Under the pieces are notes generated by a model, which saw only the letters and a list, made by a program, of their open reading frames with translations, made no database searches and was not told the DNA's origin. Shown here piece after piece: positions 10,042-19,700 of a stretch of 64,000 nt of DNA. The DNA is from Spirochaetia bacterium (GTDB lineage: Bacteria; Spirochaetota; Spirochaetia; UBA9216), in the NCBI GenBank assembly GCA_963677925.2, contig CAXXYH010000004.1:640001-704000 (forward strand). The letters run 5' to 3'. Position 1 is the first letter of the stretch; each line of letters begins with the position of its first letter. The position numbers and the translations under genes are program-made.

Positions 10042-12038
10042 AAGGTTATATAGGAAAAATTCTGGTTGCTGATCTAGGATCAGGAAGATGTGAAATTGAG
10101 GCTGTTCCCGAGAAGGTATATGAAGAGGTTCTCTCGGGAGTAGGCCTTGGTGCCTGGTACCTCTGCAGGAATATTCCGGCCGGTGCAGATCCGCTTGGTC
10201 CGGAAAATATTCTAGGATTTACATCCGGTCTTCTTACGGGAACAGGCTCTGTCATGACCGGCCGGTGGATGGCCGTCTGCAAATCACCGCTTACCGGCGG
10301 CTGGGGAGATTCAAATTGCGGCGGAAATCTCGCTCCTGCAATCAAGCAGTGCGGCGTTGATGCAATATTTATCAAAGGTCAGTCGGCAGAACCCGTATAC
10401 CTCTATATGGACAACCGGGGCGCGGAGATCCGCCCGGCTGCAGATTACTGGGGGCTTGATGCAATCGAAGCCGAAGAGCGGCTGATAAAGGAAAACTGGA
10501 AAAAGAAGAAGCCGGCTGCTGCAGTAATCGGACCCTCTGCTGAAAAGCTGTCGCTGATATCCGGCATATCCAATGACCTGGGTCGGTATGCCGCACGTTC
10601 AGGCGTCGGTGCTGTAATGGGCTCAAAGAAGCTCAAGGCTGTGGTTCTTGCCGGGACAAAGCAGGTTAAGGCAGATAATCCGGAAAAGATTAAGGAACTG
10701 AGTAAGGAGTATTCCCGGAAGGTAAGAAAGATGAACGCGCCCGGCGTATTCACCGGGGCCCTGCTTCCTGTGCTTGGAAAGGTAATGGGAAGTCTGAAAA
10801 GTGTTGCTCCTCTGGATGGAATGCTAACCGCAATGCTTCTCAGAAAATGGGGTACGGTGATGAATAATACACTGGCCGTCATGAACGGTGATGCCCCGAT
10901 AAAGAACTGGTCCGGTTCAGAAAAAGATTATAATTTTAAATACTACAGACAGATCAATCCCGATAAGTTCATTGCCCGTGAGCAGACCAAATATCACTGC
11001 TATTCCTGCATAATCGGCTGCGGGGGAATGTGTTCAATAAAAGATATCAGGGATGGAAAATATTCCCACACACATAAACCCGAGTATGAAACGGCAATGA
11101 TGTTCGGCGGTCTTCTGATGAATAAGGACCGTGATGCAATCTTTTATGCAAACGAACTCTGCAACCGCTATGGTCTTGATACTATATCAGCCGGAAGTGT
11201 AATAGCATTTGCAATTGAATGTTACGAGAACGGGATTCTCACAGATGAGGATACATACGGTCTGAAACTTAACTGGGGCAGCAGCGATGCCGTCATAAAT
11301 CTTCTTGAGAAAATTGCAAACCGCGAGCCGGGTCTTGGTGATATCCTTGCTGACGGAGTGAAAGCCGCGGCTGAAAAGATAGGTAAGGGCTCTGAAAAAT
11401 ATGCTGTCCATGCCGGCGGCCAGGAGATTCCGGCGCATGACCCGAAAATTGATCCGATGCTGGCCCAGACCTATGGAATTGATCCGACTCCGGGCCGTCA
11501 TACTACAAGCAGCGGCTTGTACTATACTTCCTCATTTCTGTGGCAGCACGTTTCATGGCTTCCCTCATTCAGGCTGTATTCGAAGAGCAGGGAATACATA
11601 CCTTCTATGGAAGAAACAATGAAAAATGTGGCTTATACAGCGTTTAAGATGCTGATCGACGGAACCGGCAGCTGCTATTACGCTATGCTGATGGGTGTCA
11701 GGTATTTCAGAATTTTTGATTTCCTGAATGCTGCAACCGGATGGAACAAGACTCCTGATGAATATATGGAAATAGGAAAGCGGATGCAGAACCTGCGTCA
11801 GCTGTTCAATGCAATACATTCCGTAGATGTAAACAGCTTTAAGCCCCATGCAAGAGTTTACGGGGCGGAGCCTCTTGTAAGCGGACATAATAAAAATATT
11901 ACGGTTGATATTGACGGGATGATTGAACTGTATAAGGAAGCCTGGGGCTGGGATGCTGAAAGCGGATACCCCACTGAAGAAACCGTTAACAAATACGGAC
12001 TTGAACAGCTGCTTGATAAGGAGAACCTGTATGCCTGA
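10038..12038 (+). CDS. aor: Aldehyde:ferredoxin oxidoreductase family (tungstopterin) enzyme
   Basis: GKILVADL, KSPLTGGWGDSNCGG, AARSGVGAVMGSKKLKAV, CYSCIIGC, EYET, GLDTIS and GWDAESGYPT. Confidence 0.92.
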   Translation: MKGYIGKILVADLGSGRCEIEAVPEKVYEEVLSGVGLGAWYLCRNIPAGADPLGPENILGFTSGLLTGTGSVMTGRWMAVCKSPLTGGWGDSNCGGNLAPAIKQCGVDAIFIKGQSAEPVYLYMDNRGAEIRPAADYWGLDAIEAEERLIKENWKKKKPAAAVIGPSAEKLSLISGISNDLGRYAARSGVGAVMGSKKLKAVVLAGTKQVKADNPEKIKELSKEYSRKVRKMNAPGVFTGALLPVLGKVMGSLKSVAPLDGMLTAMLLRKWGTVMNNTLAVMNGDAPIKNWSGSEKDYNFKYYRQINPDKFIAREQTKYHCYSCIIGCGGMCSIKDIRDGKYSHTHKPEYETAMMFGGLLMNKDRDAIFYANELCNRYGLDTISAGSVIAFAIECYENGILTDEDTYGLKLNWGSSDAVINLLEKIANREPGLGDILADGVKAAAEKIGKGSEKYAVHAGGQEIPAHDPKIDPMLAQTYGIDPTPGRHTTSSGLYYTSSFLWQHVSWLPSFRLYSKSREYIPSMEETMKNVAYTAFKMLIDGTGSCYYAMLMGVRYFRIFDFLNAATGWNKTPDEYMEIGKRMQNLRQLFNAIHSVDVNSFKPHARVYGAEPLVSGHNKNITVDIDGMIELYKEAWGWDAESGYPTEETVNKYGLEQLLDKENLYA

Positions 12039-12243
12039 AAAAAAAATCCCGGAAGTCGACTATAAACACTGCATGGCCTGCCGGGTCTGTATTATAGCCT
12101 GCCCTTTCAGCTGCCTTGATGCGGTTAAAACCGATAATCCGGGAAAGAAGGGTTTTCCGGAACTTGTAAAAGCTGAAAGCTGTACAGGCTGCGGAATATG
12201 CGCGCAGGCCTGTCCTGTTGAAGTAATAAGGATGGTTTCCTGA
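12031..12243 (+). CDS. 2[4Fe-4S] ferredoxin
   Basis: CMACRVCIIACP and CTGCGICAQACP. SD AAGGAG precedes ATG 12031. Confidence 0.9.
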   Translation: MPEKKIPEVDYKHCMACRVCIIACPFSCLDAVKTDNPGKKGFPELVKAESCTGCGICAQACPVEVIRMVS

Positions 12244-12246
12244 GAA

Positions 12247-12480
12247 GTGAAGGTTCGAATTACTGCTCCGGCATTCTGCGACTACAGCCGGATCGACGAT
12301 TCCGGCTGTATAGAACTGCCTGAAAAATCCCGGCTTAACAAGTTGTATTCAATGCTTAAAATACCTCTTCCGGTAAGGCCTCTTTTAATTACAATGGTGA
12401 ATTTTGAAAAAGCCCGGCCGGCTAAGATTCTCTCCGAAGGAGACGATGTAAGCATTCTCTGGTTTATGTCCGGAGGCTGA
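12247..12480 (+). CDS. MoaD/ThiS-family sulfur carrier
   Basis: 77 aa ubiquitin-like, VN...LSEGDDVSILWFMSGG with C-terminal GG. Follows aor. Confidence 0.85.
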   Translation: MKVRITAPAFCDYSRIDDSGCIELPEKSRLNKLYSMLKIPLPVRPLLITMVNFEKARPAKILSEGDDVSILWFMSGG

Positions 12481-12542
12481 TCGTCTCTGCATTGACTCTT
12501 TTGCTGTATTAATTCATTCTTATACCAGAATAAAAAGTATCA

Positions 12543-12564
12543 GAGGCTGAATCGGTTCAGCCTC
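12543..12564. other. Perfect 9-bp hairpin GAGGCTGAA-TCGG-TTCAGCCTC upstream of a small Cys-rich gene
   Basis: Inverted repeat read directly. No adjacent U-tract on the + strand. SD AAGGAG follows 5 nt later. Confidence 0.5.
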
Positions 12565-12583
12565 GCACAAAGGAGTCTCTTCA

Positions 12584-12826
12584 ATGGCAAAAATAATCGA
12601 GTTTAAAAAACCTGAACAGGAAAAGGGCAAATCATGTTCGTGGTGTAAAAACCGGGGAACACATCCGCTTGATCCTCCCTGCGACAGATGCAGGTGGTAT
12701 GACCGCGATGAAGTCTTTGACCTTGAAGTTGCCGGTGAAGGCGTTGTTAAAGTCAGAAAAGAGGTAGACCCCGAAACCTTCGAAATTCGCTTCATCCCCG
12801 CGGAAGAAACTGATATAGATATCTGA
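12584..12826 (+). CDS. Small hypothetical protein with two CxxC motifs (possible Zn ribbon)
   Basis: CSWC...CDRC, acidic tail, SD AAGGAG. Confidence 0.7.
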   Translation: MAKIIEFKKPEQEKGKSCSWCKNRGTHPLDPPCDRCRWYDRDEVFDLEVAGEGVVKVRKEVDPETFEIRFIPAEETDIDI

Positions 12827-12918
12827 GCTTCTTACAAAACTTTCATAGTTTTGAAATTGCCTTATCTGATTAAACTCTCCGGTTGACTGCCGGATCCTCA
12901 GGCGGGTATACTTACGAA

Positions 12919-13548
12919 ATGATAGATATTTTTCTGAAAGGCGGCGTACTGATGTGGCCGCTTCTTGTAATTTCAGTTATAGCGCTTGCTGTAATTCTTG
13001 AGCGTGAATATTTCTTTTTTAAAAACCGGGTCAGTGAATCGCAGCTTACATCCATAAAAAATCTGCTTCTTGAGGGCCGGGCTGATGAGGCTGAAACTGA
13101 AACCGGACGATCAGGACGTGTGCTTCTTGTTTTTCTTAACTCAGTAATTTCAAACCGCAGAAATCCTGTTGAGATAGCCGAAAGGGAAATTTCGCTGTCC
13201 GGGGAAAAGATGCTTTTTCAGGCTTCAAGCTTTATTCACGTACTTGAGCTTATAGGCAGTATTTCTCCCATGATAGGACTTTCCGGTACTGTTGTGGGAA
13301 TGGTAAGAGCTTTCCAGCAAATCGGTATTAATACCGGCTCCCAGATTGATCCGTCTCTTCTTGCCGACGGAATATGGGTAGCCATGATAACAACTGTGGC
13401 AGGACTGTTTGTTGCAATTCCCAGTTTCATCTTTGCCCATATAAATAACAGGCGTCTTAGAAAACTTGAGTTCAATATGAAGATATACGGTGAAGAGTTT
13501 CATTCGATCCTTCGGGTAGAAGAAAAGAGGGCCTTATTAAATGATTGA
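12919..13548 (+). CDS. exbB: MotA/TolQ/ExbB proton-channel protein
   Basis: GGVLMWPL, SPMIGLSGTVVGMVRAF and GIWVAMITTVAGLFVAIP. ATG 12919 follows TTGACT-18-TATACT. Confidence 0.9.
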   Translation: MIDIFLKGGVLMWPLLVISVIALAVILEREYFFFKNRVSESQLTSIKNLLLEGRADEAETETGRSGRVLLVFLNSVISNRRNPVEIAEREISLSGEKMLFQASSFIHVLELIGSISPMIGLSGTVVGMVRAFQQIGINTGSQIDPSLLADGIWVAMITTVAGLFVAIPSFIFAHINNRRLRKLEFNMKIYGEEFHSILRVEEKRALLND

Positions 13549-13957
13549 ATTCAGGGAGTTTGATGAATCATGGAAGTCCCGTACAAGATTCGAGATGACC
13601 CCGATGATCGATATGATCTTTCTTCTGCTGATATTTTTTCTCCTGACATCAACTCTCACCAACCCTGTAATTACTGTTGAACTTCCTGAATCTGAAATTG
13701 TCGATACCAGAATAGAGCAGGATATCGTCATCACCGTTGACAGTAAAGGCAGGCTTTTTCTGGATGAGCAGGAGTACAGTAAAGAAGCACTCGCCGCTGA
13801 AATCAGCTCAATCTATCTTGACCGGGATTCATCGGATATTTTTATTCAGGCTGATGAAAATGTTGACTTCGGCATTATTGTTGACGTAATGGATATATGC
13901 AGAAAGAACGGTGCCTTCGATCTTGCTTTCATTGTAGAAGGAAAGGTTTCTCCCTGA
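13541..13957 (+). CDS. exbD: ExbD/TolR biopolymer transport protein
   Basis: MTPMIDMIFLLLIFFLLT, V-x-LP and IQADENVDFGIIVDVMD. Confidence 0.92.
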   Translation: MIEFREFDESWKSRTRFEMTPMIDMIFLLLIFFLLTSTLTNPVITVELPESEIVDTRIEQDIVITVDSKGRLFLDEQEYSKEALAAEISSIYLDRDSSDIFIQADENVDFGIIVDVMDICRKNGAFDLAFIVEGKVSP

Positions 13958-13961
13958 AGAA

Positions 13962-14675
13962 ATGAAATCTTCCAGAATTATTTTATTATTTGCAGCAGTC
14001 TCAATTGTAATCCACGGACTGGTTTTTCTGGTAAAAATACCCCCCTCTGAAAGTTCTCCTTTAATAGAAACCGAACATATGATCCCGGTTGAACTTGCCT
14101 TTCTGGACCTCCAATCCCGGCAACCGGAGGCGTCTGTCCAGGCCCCGCCTCCGGCGTCATCAGCTGAACAAAAAACGGCAGAACTTCCGGCAGTTTTAGA
14201 GAAAACAGTGCCGAATGAGCCTGTACAGGAACTCCCTCAGCCGGAACCTGTTAAACAGGCAGCTTCTGAAGCCGAACCGGTACCTGAGCCGGAACAGGAA
14301 CAGGCTGCGCCGGAATCTGCATCTCCGCAGCAGGTCAGTCATGGTGCTTTTCAAAATTCTGCAGAAAGTTCCGGTTCAGCTCCGGAGGTTAAGGCAAACC
14401 CCTTCGATGATCTGATGCAGCGTGTTGAAATAAATAAAAGCGGAAGCTATCCTCTTCGTGCCCGTAAACGGGGACAGCAGGGTACCGTGATGGTTCTTCT
14501 GACTCTGGATAAAGACGGTAACATGCTTAATGTTGAAATAATAGGTAAATCCAGACACTCCGCACTGAACACCGCAGCAATTGAGCTTGTTGAAAAGATT
14601 ATGGAACAGCCTTATCCGCATGGTCTTGATAAAACTGTAAATTTTAAATTTCCAATTACATTCAGACTCGATTAG
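13962..14675 (+). CDS. tonB: Energy transducer TonB
   Basis: N-terminal TM with SxxxH (SIVIHG), Pro/Glu-rich linker, TonB_C YPLRARKRGQQGTV...SRHSALNTAA. Confidence 0.88.
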   Translation: MKSSRIILLFAAVSIVIHGLVFLVKIPPSESSPLIETEHMIPVELAFLDLQSRQPEASVQAPPPASSAEQKTAELPAVLEKTVPNEPVQELPQPEPVKQAASEAEPVPEPEQEQAAPESASPQQVSHGAFQNSAESSGSAPEVKANPFDDLMQRVEINKSGSYPLRARKRGQQGTVMVLLTLDKDGNMLNVEIIGKSRHSALNTAAIELVEKIMEQPYPHGLDKTVNFKFPITFRLD

Positions 14676-16393
14676 TTTAAAAGGGGGAATTTAATATTGA
14701 AGGATGTTCCTGAATTACCCGAATGTTCTATTTCTCCACTGAGGCTGATAACTGTTTCCCGGATAATTTTCATCCCCAGACTTGAGCCGGTCTCAATATT
14801 AAAATTTTCGTTTAAACCTATTCCTGTGTCTGAGACTTTAATAAAACCGTAATTATTTTCTTCAAACACCCTGATTGATATTTCACCTGAGCCCCTGTCG
14901 GGGAAGGCATATTTAAAAATATTTAAAATCAGCTCATTCAGGATAAGACCGCAGGCTGTTATCTGCTTTGAGGATAAAGACAATCGTGAAAATTCAGTAC
15001 TCAGCTTAATACGATCCTTGTCGGGATTCATGCTGTCGTTCAGCTGCCGCAGAAGTTCTTCAAAGTAGTTTGAAGCCATTATTTCCGAAAACTCAGGCTG
15101 TTCCGAAAGGGTTTCATGGATAAGGCTGAGAGTGTCTATACGAAGGCTGATATCTGTCAGACTTTCTATTACCTTCTGGTTTTCTTCATCCATTATCTGC
15201 ATCGAACAGAGGCCGCTTAAGATTAGGAGGTTATTCTTGATTCTGTGATTCATCTCCTGCATCAGTAAATGTTTTTCTTCTATAAGAGAATTAAGTTTCT
15301 GATTGTTTCTGTTCAGCATCCTGTTAAGCTTGTTCAGTCTGAAGAGGAGGGTGATAGTTGTTCCAAGCGAAAAGAAAATAATTATTAAAATGACAATTAT
15401 GGTTTCCAACTTATCTTTCAGGAATGTAAAAATGGTGTTTATATAAACTGTTCCCTGAGGAACATCCCGGATCGATATTGAATTCCGCCACATGGCAACA
15501 GCATCCATCATTGTGACAAGTGAGCTCGGGTCTGAATCTGCACAGCCCTGTTCAAGTAATTTTAATGTTGAGCAGAATAGAGCCTTTCCCCGGCTTGCCC
15601 CGTCAACCAGTTTCCCTCCTACTGCACCTGAACCCATCAGGCTGCTCCAGAATACATAAACAGGAGCATTGGCACGGTCGCACAGCTGTGTTAAAAATTC
15701 TTTTGGAATATACGAATTACCTGCGGCATCTGATCTTACAAGTGTGTAAAATATAATTGAGTTTGCCGGAAGGCTGCTTAACGTTTTAAATAATTCATTT
15801 GTATGAAAATCCTGATACACTATTGGTTTATATCCGTGTTCTTCTGCGGTTATAAGAAGTTTTTCAAGATATGCTTCTGTAGTCTTAACCTTACCGTCTA
15901 CTATATAGATATTTTCTGTCTTCGGTTTCTGCTTCAAGGCCATTTCGAATGTCCCGACAACAGAATAAAGGTCATTGTTGGGCAGCAGAATTATATCTTC
16001 ATTCATCTTGATCTTTTCACCGGGATCAATAAGTAATTTCGGAATCCCGGGAAAGTAATCACCGATCTTATAAAAAATTTCAGTTGCCGGATCTGCATCG
16101 ATTATTATTGCATTAATTTCTGCATTTCTGTATTTAATGCTCAGATACCAGTCCCATTCATCAATACTAAGGCTGTCTGACAGCCTCATATCATCCAGGT
16201 ATTCATTGTACAGTACAACCGGTTTGCCGTAAGCGGTGATTTCTTCGCTAATGCCCTCCTGAACCGAGGCGCTCCATGGAAGTTCTGCTGCGTATGATGA
16301 TAAAAAAAGTATATTTAAATTATTATTCGAAGCAAAAAGAGGCTGAAAAACAATGAAGCTTAAAATCAATGCAAACAGGAATTTTCTGGGCAT
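14672..16393 (-). CDS. Sensor histidine kinase (HisKA_2/HWE type) with periplasmic binding-protein-like sensor
   Basis: Signal peptide, TM, EMNHRIKNNL, LILNELILNIFKYAF, DTGIG and SLGMKII. Confidence 0.88.
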   Translation of the reverse strand: MPRKFLFALILSFIVFQPLFASNNNLNILFLSSYAAELPWSASVQEGISEEITAYGKPVVLYNEYLDDMRLSDSLSIDEWDWYLSIKYRNAEINAIIIDADPATEIFYKIGDYFPGIPKLLIDPGEKIKMNEDIILLPNNDLYSVVGTFEMALKQKPKTENIYIVDGKVKTTEAYLEKLLITAEEHGYKPIVYQDFHTNELFKTLSSLPANSIIFYTLVRSDAAGNSYIPKEFLTQLCDRANAPVYVFWSSLMGSGAVGGKLVDGASRGKALFCSTLKLLEQGCADSDPSSLVTMMDAVAMWRNSISIRDVPQGTVYINTIFTFLKDKLETIIVILIIIFFSLGTTITLLFRLNKLNRMLNRNNQKLNSLIEEKHLLMQEMNHRIKNNLLILSGLCSMQIMDEENQKVIESLTDISLRIDTLSLIHETLSEQPEFSEIMASNYFEELLRQLNDSMNPDKDRIKLSTEFSRLSLSSKQITACGLILNELILNIFKYAFPDRGSGEISIRVFEENNYGFIKVSDTGIGLNENFNIETGSSLGMKIIRETVISLSGEIEHSGNSGTSFNIKFPLLN

Positions 16394-16513
16394 TGAAGTA
16401 TTATATTACGAATATATAGAAACACAAAATTATATTTGTGTTTTTGTAATATACACACCAAAAAATTTGACTTGCGATTTTAAAGATCCTATTAATTCAA
16501 TAGGAGTAAATGC

Positions 16514-18439
16514 ATGATAATATCAAGGCTTAAGATAGGCCAGAAAATCAGTATAATAATGTCGATTACGGTAGTTCTTTCACTTTCTGTTTTTTATATA
16601 TACATAAGAAGTACAACATTAAGGCTTGCAAATAATGACGCAGGAGTAATCGCCAATGAATATGCGGAACATTACGGACAGACTGTTCAGGAAATTTTCT
16701 CTACGGTATTAAGTGAGACCTCCGCAGCTGCAGATGCCATGCTTGCATTGATTGAATCGGGGGAACCTTCAAGAGAAACTGCAACCGCAATCCTTAAGCA
16801 GTGGTATGAAAGAGGCCGGGTAGAAAGCCGGATTTATGATACCTGGATAACCTTTGAACCGGGCGCTTTTGACGGCAGAGACAGCGAATACATGGGCACA
16901 GAACGATACGGGGAAGGCGGACAGTACAGTGCCTGGGTACTTGGCGAAGAAGTTTATGTGAATGTCCCTTCAGGAGATCCGGAGATGGATATATGGTACA
17001 CAGGGGCAAGAGACAGAGGACGGATAACGGTTTCGGATTTTTTTGAGTTTGAATATCCTGACGGCATGCAGACAGTTGTTGCAATTTCCAAACCGATAAT
17101 TGATTCAAAAGGAAAACATCTTGGTGTTATCGGCTGTGATTTTGAGGTGGGATCCATTCATAAGGAAATTAGTCTGGTAAGAATTTATGAAAATGGATTT
17201 TTGACTCTGGTATCCGAAGGCGGGGGAATAATTTCAACAATGAATGAGAACTCCCTCGGAAAGGATCTCGCTTCTTTCACCTGGATGAGCGCTGAGCTTG
17301 AAGATAAGATAAAAAGCGGAGAGTCATTTAATTTTGATTATTATTCAGATTTCCTGCAGGAGGATATTTTTGCAGCTGTTGTACCTGTCGAATTCGGTCA
17401 TAGCGGAAATATCTGGTACATGATGGTTAATATTCCAAAATCAGAAATTAATGCGGAATCAATAAAAATAATGAGAAATATTCTGATTCTTGCCGTCATC
17501 ATGATACTCCTTCTTATCTTTATCCTGACTTTAGTCTCACGGAGCATCACTATTCCGTTAAAGAAAGCGGTTAATTTTGCTAACGAAATATCAGAAGGCA
17601 ATTTACACGCACACCTTGATTATAATCATAAGGATGAAATTGGAAGTCTGACGGATGCCCTGAATGACATGAAGGCTAATCTTGTCAGAATTATTACAAG
17701 CATAAAAGACAGTACGGAACAGTTTATCGCCGGAAGTTCACAGCTGAACGAATCTGCTCTGCAGATAGCGGACGGTGCAAATCAGCAGGCTGCCGGTGTT
17801 GAAGAAATTTCTGCAAGTATGGAAGAACTCAGTGCCAATATTCAGCAGAATGCTGATAACGCAGCCCATTCCAGCCGTCTTGCCGACGATGTCATAGTAT
17901 CCGCAGATAAGGGGGGTGAGGCTGTTCTTGAAACGGTTTCGGCAATCAAGGAGATAGCCGAAAAAATTGCAGTTATAGAAGAGATTGCCAGAAATACAAA
18001 TCTGCTGGCTCTTAATGCTGCGATTGAGGCTGCCAGGGCCGGAGAGTCGGGGAAGGGGTTTGCCGTTGTGGCAAATGAAGTTAAGAAGCTTGCTGAAAAT
18101 AGTGCCGCTGCGGCAGCAGAGATAACCGGAATTACAGGTGTTAACGTTGCTAAGGCCGAGCATGCCGGAAAGATCATAAAGGAAATGGTTCCGCAGATAG
18201 GAAAGACTGCCGAGCTGATTCAGGAGATCTCTTCTGCAAGTCACGAACAGAGCTCCGGCTCAGGGCAGGTGAACGAATCCATACTTCAGATGAATAATGT
18301 CGTTCAGGGAAATGTCAGTGTTTCTGAAAAAATGGCGTCAATGGCTGAGGAACTTGATTCTCAGGCGCGCACTTTACTTGAGCTTGTTTCCTTTTTTCAG
18401 CTTGAAGAAAAACGGCGGACACAAAAGCTTCTTGAATAG
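16514..18439 (+). CDS. Methyl-accepting chemotaxis protein (dCache, HAMP)
   Basis: Two TMs, dCache (WYTGARD), HAMP (DEIGSL) and [29 protein letters not shown]. Confidence 0.95.
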   Translation: MIISRLKIGQKISIIMSITVVLSLSVFYIYIRSTTLRLANNDAGVIANEYAEHYGQTVQEIFSTVLSETSAAADAMLALIESGEPSRETATAILKQWYERGRVESRIYDTWITFEPGAFDGRDSEYMGTERYGEGGQYSAWVLGEEVYVNVPSGDPEMDIWYTGARDRGRITVSDFFEFEYPDGMQTVVAISKPIIDSKGKHLGVIGCDFEVGSIHKEISLVRIYENGFLTLVSEGGGIISTMNENSLGKDLASFTWMSAELEDKIKSGESFNFDYYSDFLQEDIFAAVVPVEFGHSGNIWYMMVNIPKSEINAESIKIMRNILILAVIMILLLIFILTLVSRSITIPLKKAVNFANEISEGNLHAHLDYNHKDEIGSLTDALNDMKANLVRIITSIKDSTEQFIAGSSQLNESALQIADGANQQAAGVEEISASMEELSANIQQNADNAAHSSRLADDVIVSADKGGEAVLETVSAIKEIAEKIAVIEEIARNTNLLALNAAIEAARAGESGKGFAVVANEVKKLAENSAAAAAEITGITGVNVAKAEHAGKIIKEMVPQIGKTAELIQEISSASHEQSSGSGQVNESILQMNNVVQGNVSVSEKMASMAEELDSQARTLLELVSFFQLEEKRRTQKLLE

Positions 18440-18456
18440 TTGAAAAATCCTGTAGC

Positions 18457-19689
18457 TTACTTGTTTACTATTCTGTCCTGCCCCTTGTTTGAGAGCAGTA
18501 AAAATCCGGCAAGGGCTGCGGCAGAGACAAATCCTGAAATATACCAGAGAAGGTTCGGGTTATAATTATCCATTATCAGACCGGCAAGGTATGGGCCAAG
18601 CATGGAGGGGATGGACCATGAAAGGTTGTATATTCCCATATACCGCCCACGCATATGTTCAGGAGACAGTTTTGCTACAACAGTCTGGCCCACAGGAATG
18701 ATTACCATTTCACCGAAGGTTATTAAAAGTACAGCAGCCACGAAAAACGCATAGCCATGAATAAATCCGAAAAGCGTATATCCGACCAGAAAGCATGCAG
18801 TGCCAAGGGCCATCATTTTCATTGGATTTTTTTTCTCAAGCCATGCTGACACTCTGAACTGAAATATAACCACAAAAAGGGCGTTTATGCTCATTAGAAG
18901 GCCGTAATGCCGGGCCGATATACTGTGAACATCACGAAGGTAAACTGAAAAAGAGCTGTAGAGCTGCTGATAAACCAGAAGCATAAGCACCGAGATCAAT
19001 ATGTAGGCCATATAGAATTGATCTGAAAAAACTTTACTGTATCCCTTGATAGTTTTAAGCAGGTTTTCATGCTGCCTGTCCTGTTCGTCAGTTTCGGGTT
19101 TTGTTTCCGGAATTTTGATATAAACAATAACAGCCGTAATTATGCTTGTCACAGCGTCAGCCAGAAAAATAAAGAAGTACGACTTCAGCGATAGAAGGCC
19201 GCCGATTGACGGGCCAACTATCCAGGCAAGGTTTCCGGCGACACGCATCGTTCCATATCCTGAAGCCCGCTTTTCTTCAGGCAGCAGATCAGCCACCATA
19301 ACCATGCGGGCCGGACCGGCAATATCTCCAAGCAGACCGGAAACAACAGCAAGCACGAAAAATAATTCAAGGGTGGGGCAGAGCCCCATAGCTATACTGC
19401 TTAAACCGCTGGTGACAAGACCGGTAATAAGAATAACCTTCCTGCCGAAGCGGTCACAGAGGGCCCCGCCGATAAAGCCTCCTGCCATGCCGGCCATAGC
19501 AAATACCGCTAGAAGAAGTCCGGCCTCTGTCATTCCTACATTAAATCTTTTTGTTACATACAGAGTGAAAAAGGGGTACAGCATGGTACCGCCCAGCCTG
19601 TCGATAAAAGTCGACCCGCTGAGCACCCAGAAATTGCCGGGGTAGAGATTATAGGTTTCGGTTATCCGCTGTTTTAATTTTTTTACCAT
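18457..19689 (-). CDS. MFS transporter (MdtH-like)
   Basis: About 12 TMs, motif A GALCDRFGRK, and PEHMRGRYMG. Confidence 0.9.
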   Translation of the reverse strand: MVKKLKQRITETYNLYPGNFWVLSGSTFIDRLGGTMLYPFFTLYVTKRFNVGMTEAGLLLAVFAMAGMAGGFIGGALCDRFGRKVILITGLVTSGLSSIAMGLCPTLELFFVLAVVSGLLGDIAGPARMVMVADLLPEEKRASGYGTMRVAGNLAWIVGPSIGGLLSLKSYFFIFLADAVTSIITAVIVYIKIPETKPETDEQDRQHENLLKTIKGYSKVFSDQFYMAYILISVLMLLVYQQLYSSFSVYLRDVHSISARHYGLLMSINALFVVIFQFRVSAWLEKKNPMKMMALGTACFLVGYTLFGFIHGYAFFVAAVLLITFGEMVIIPVGQTVVAKLSPEHMRGRYMGIYNLSWSIPSMLGPYLAGLIMDNYNPNLLWYISGFVSAAALAGFLLLSNKGQDRIVNK

Positions 19690-19700
19690 TTTGTGAGAAT

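Noticed and set aside
14140-14340. Repetitive CCGGAAC/GAGCC sequence
   Set aside because: It encodes the normal Pro/Glu-rich TonB linker.
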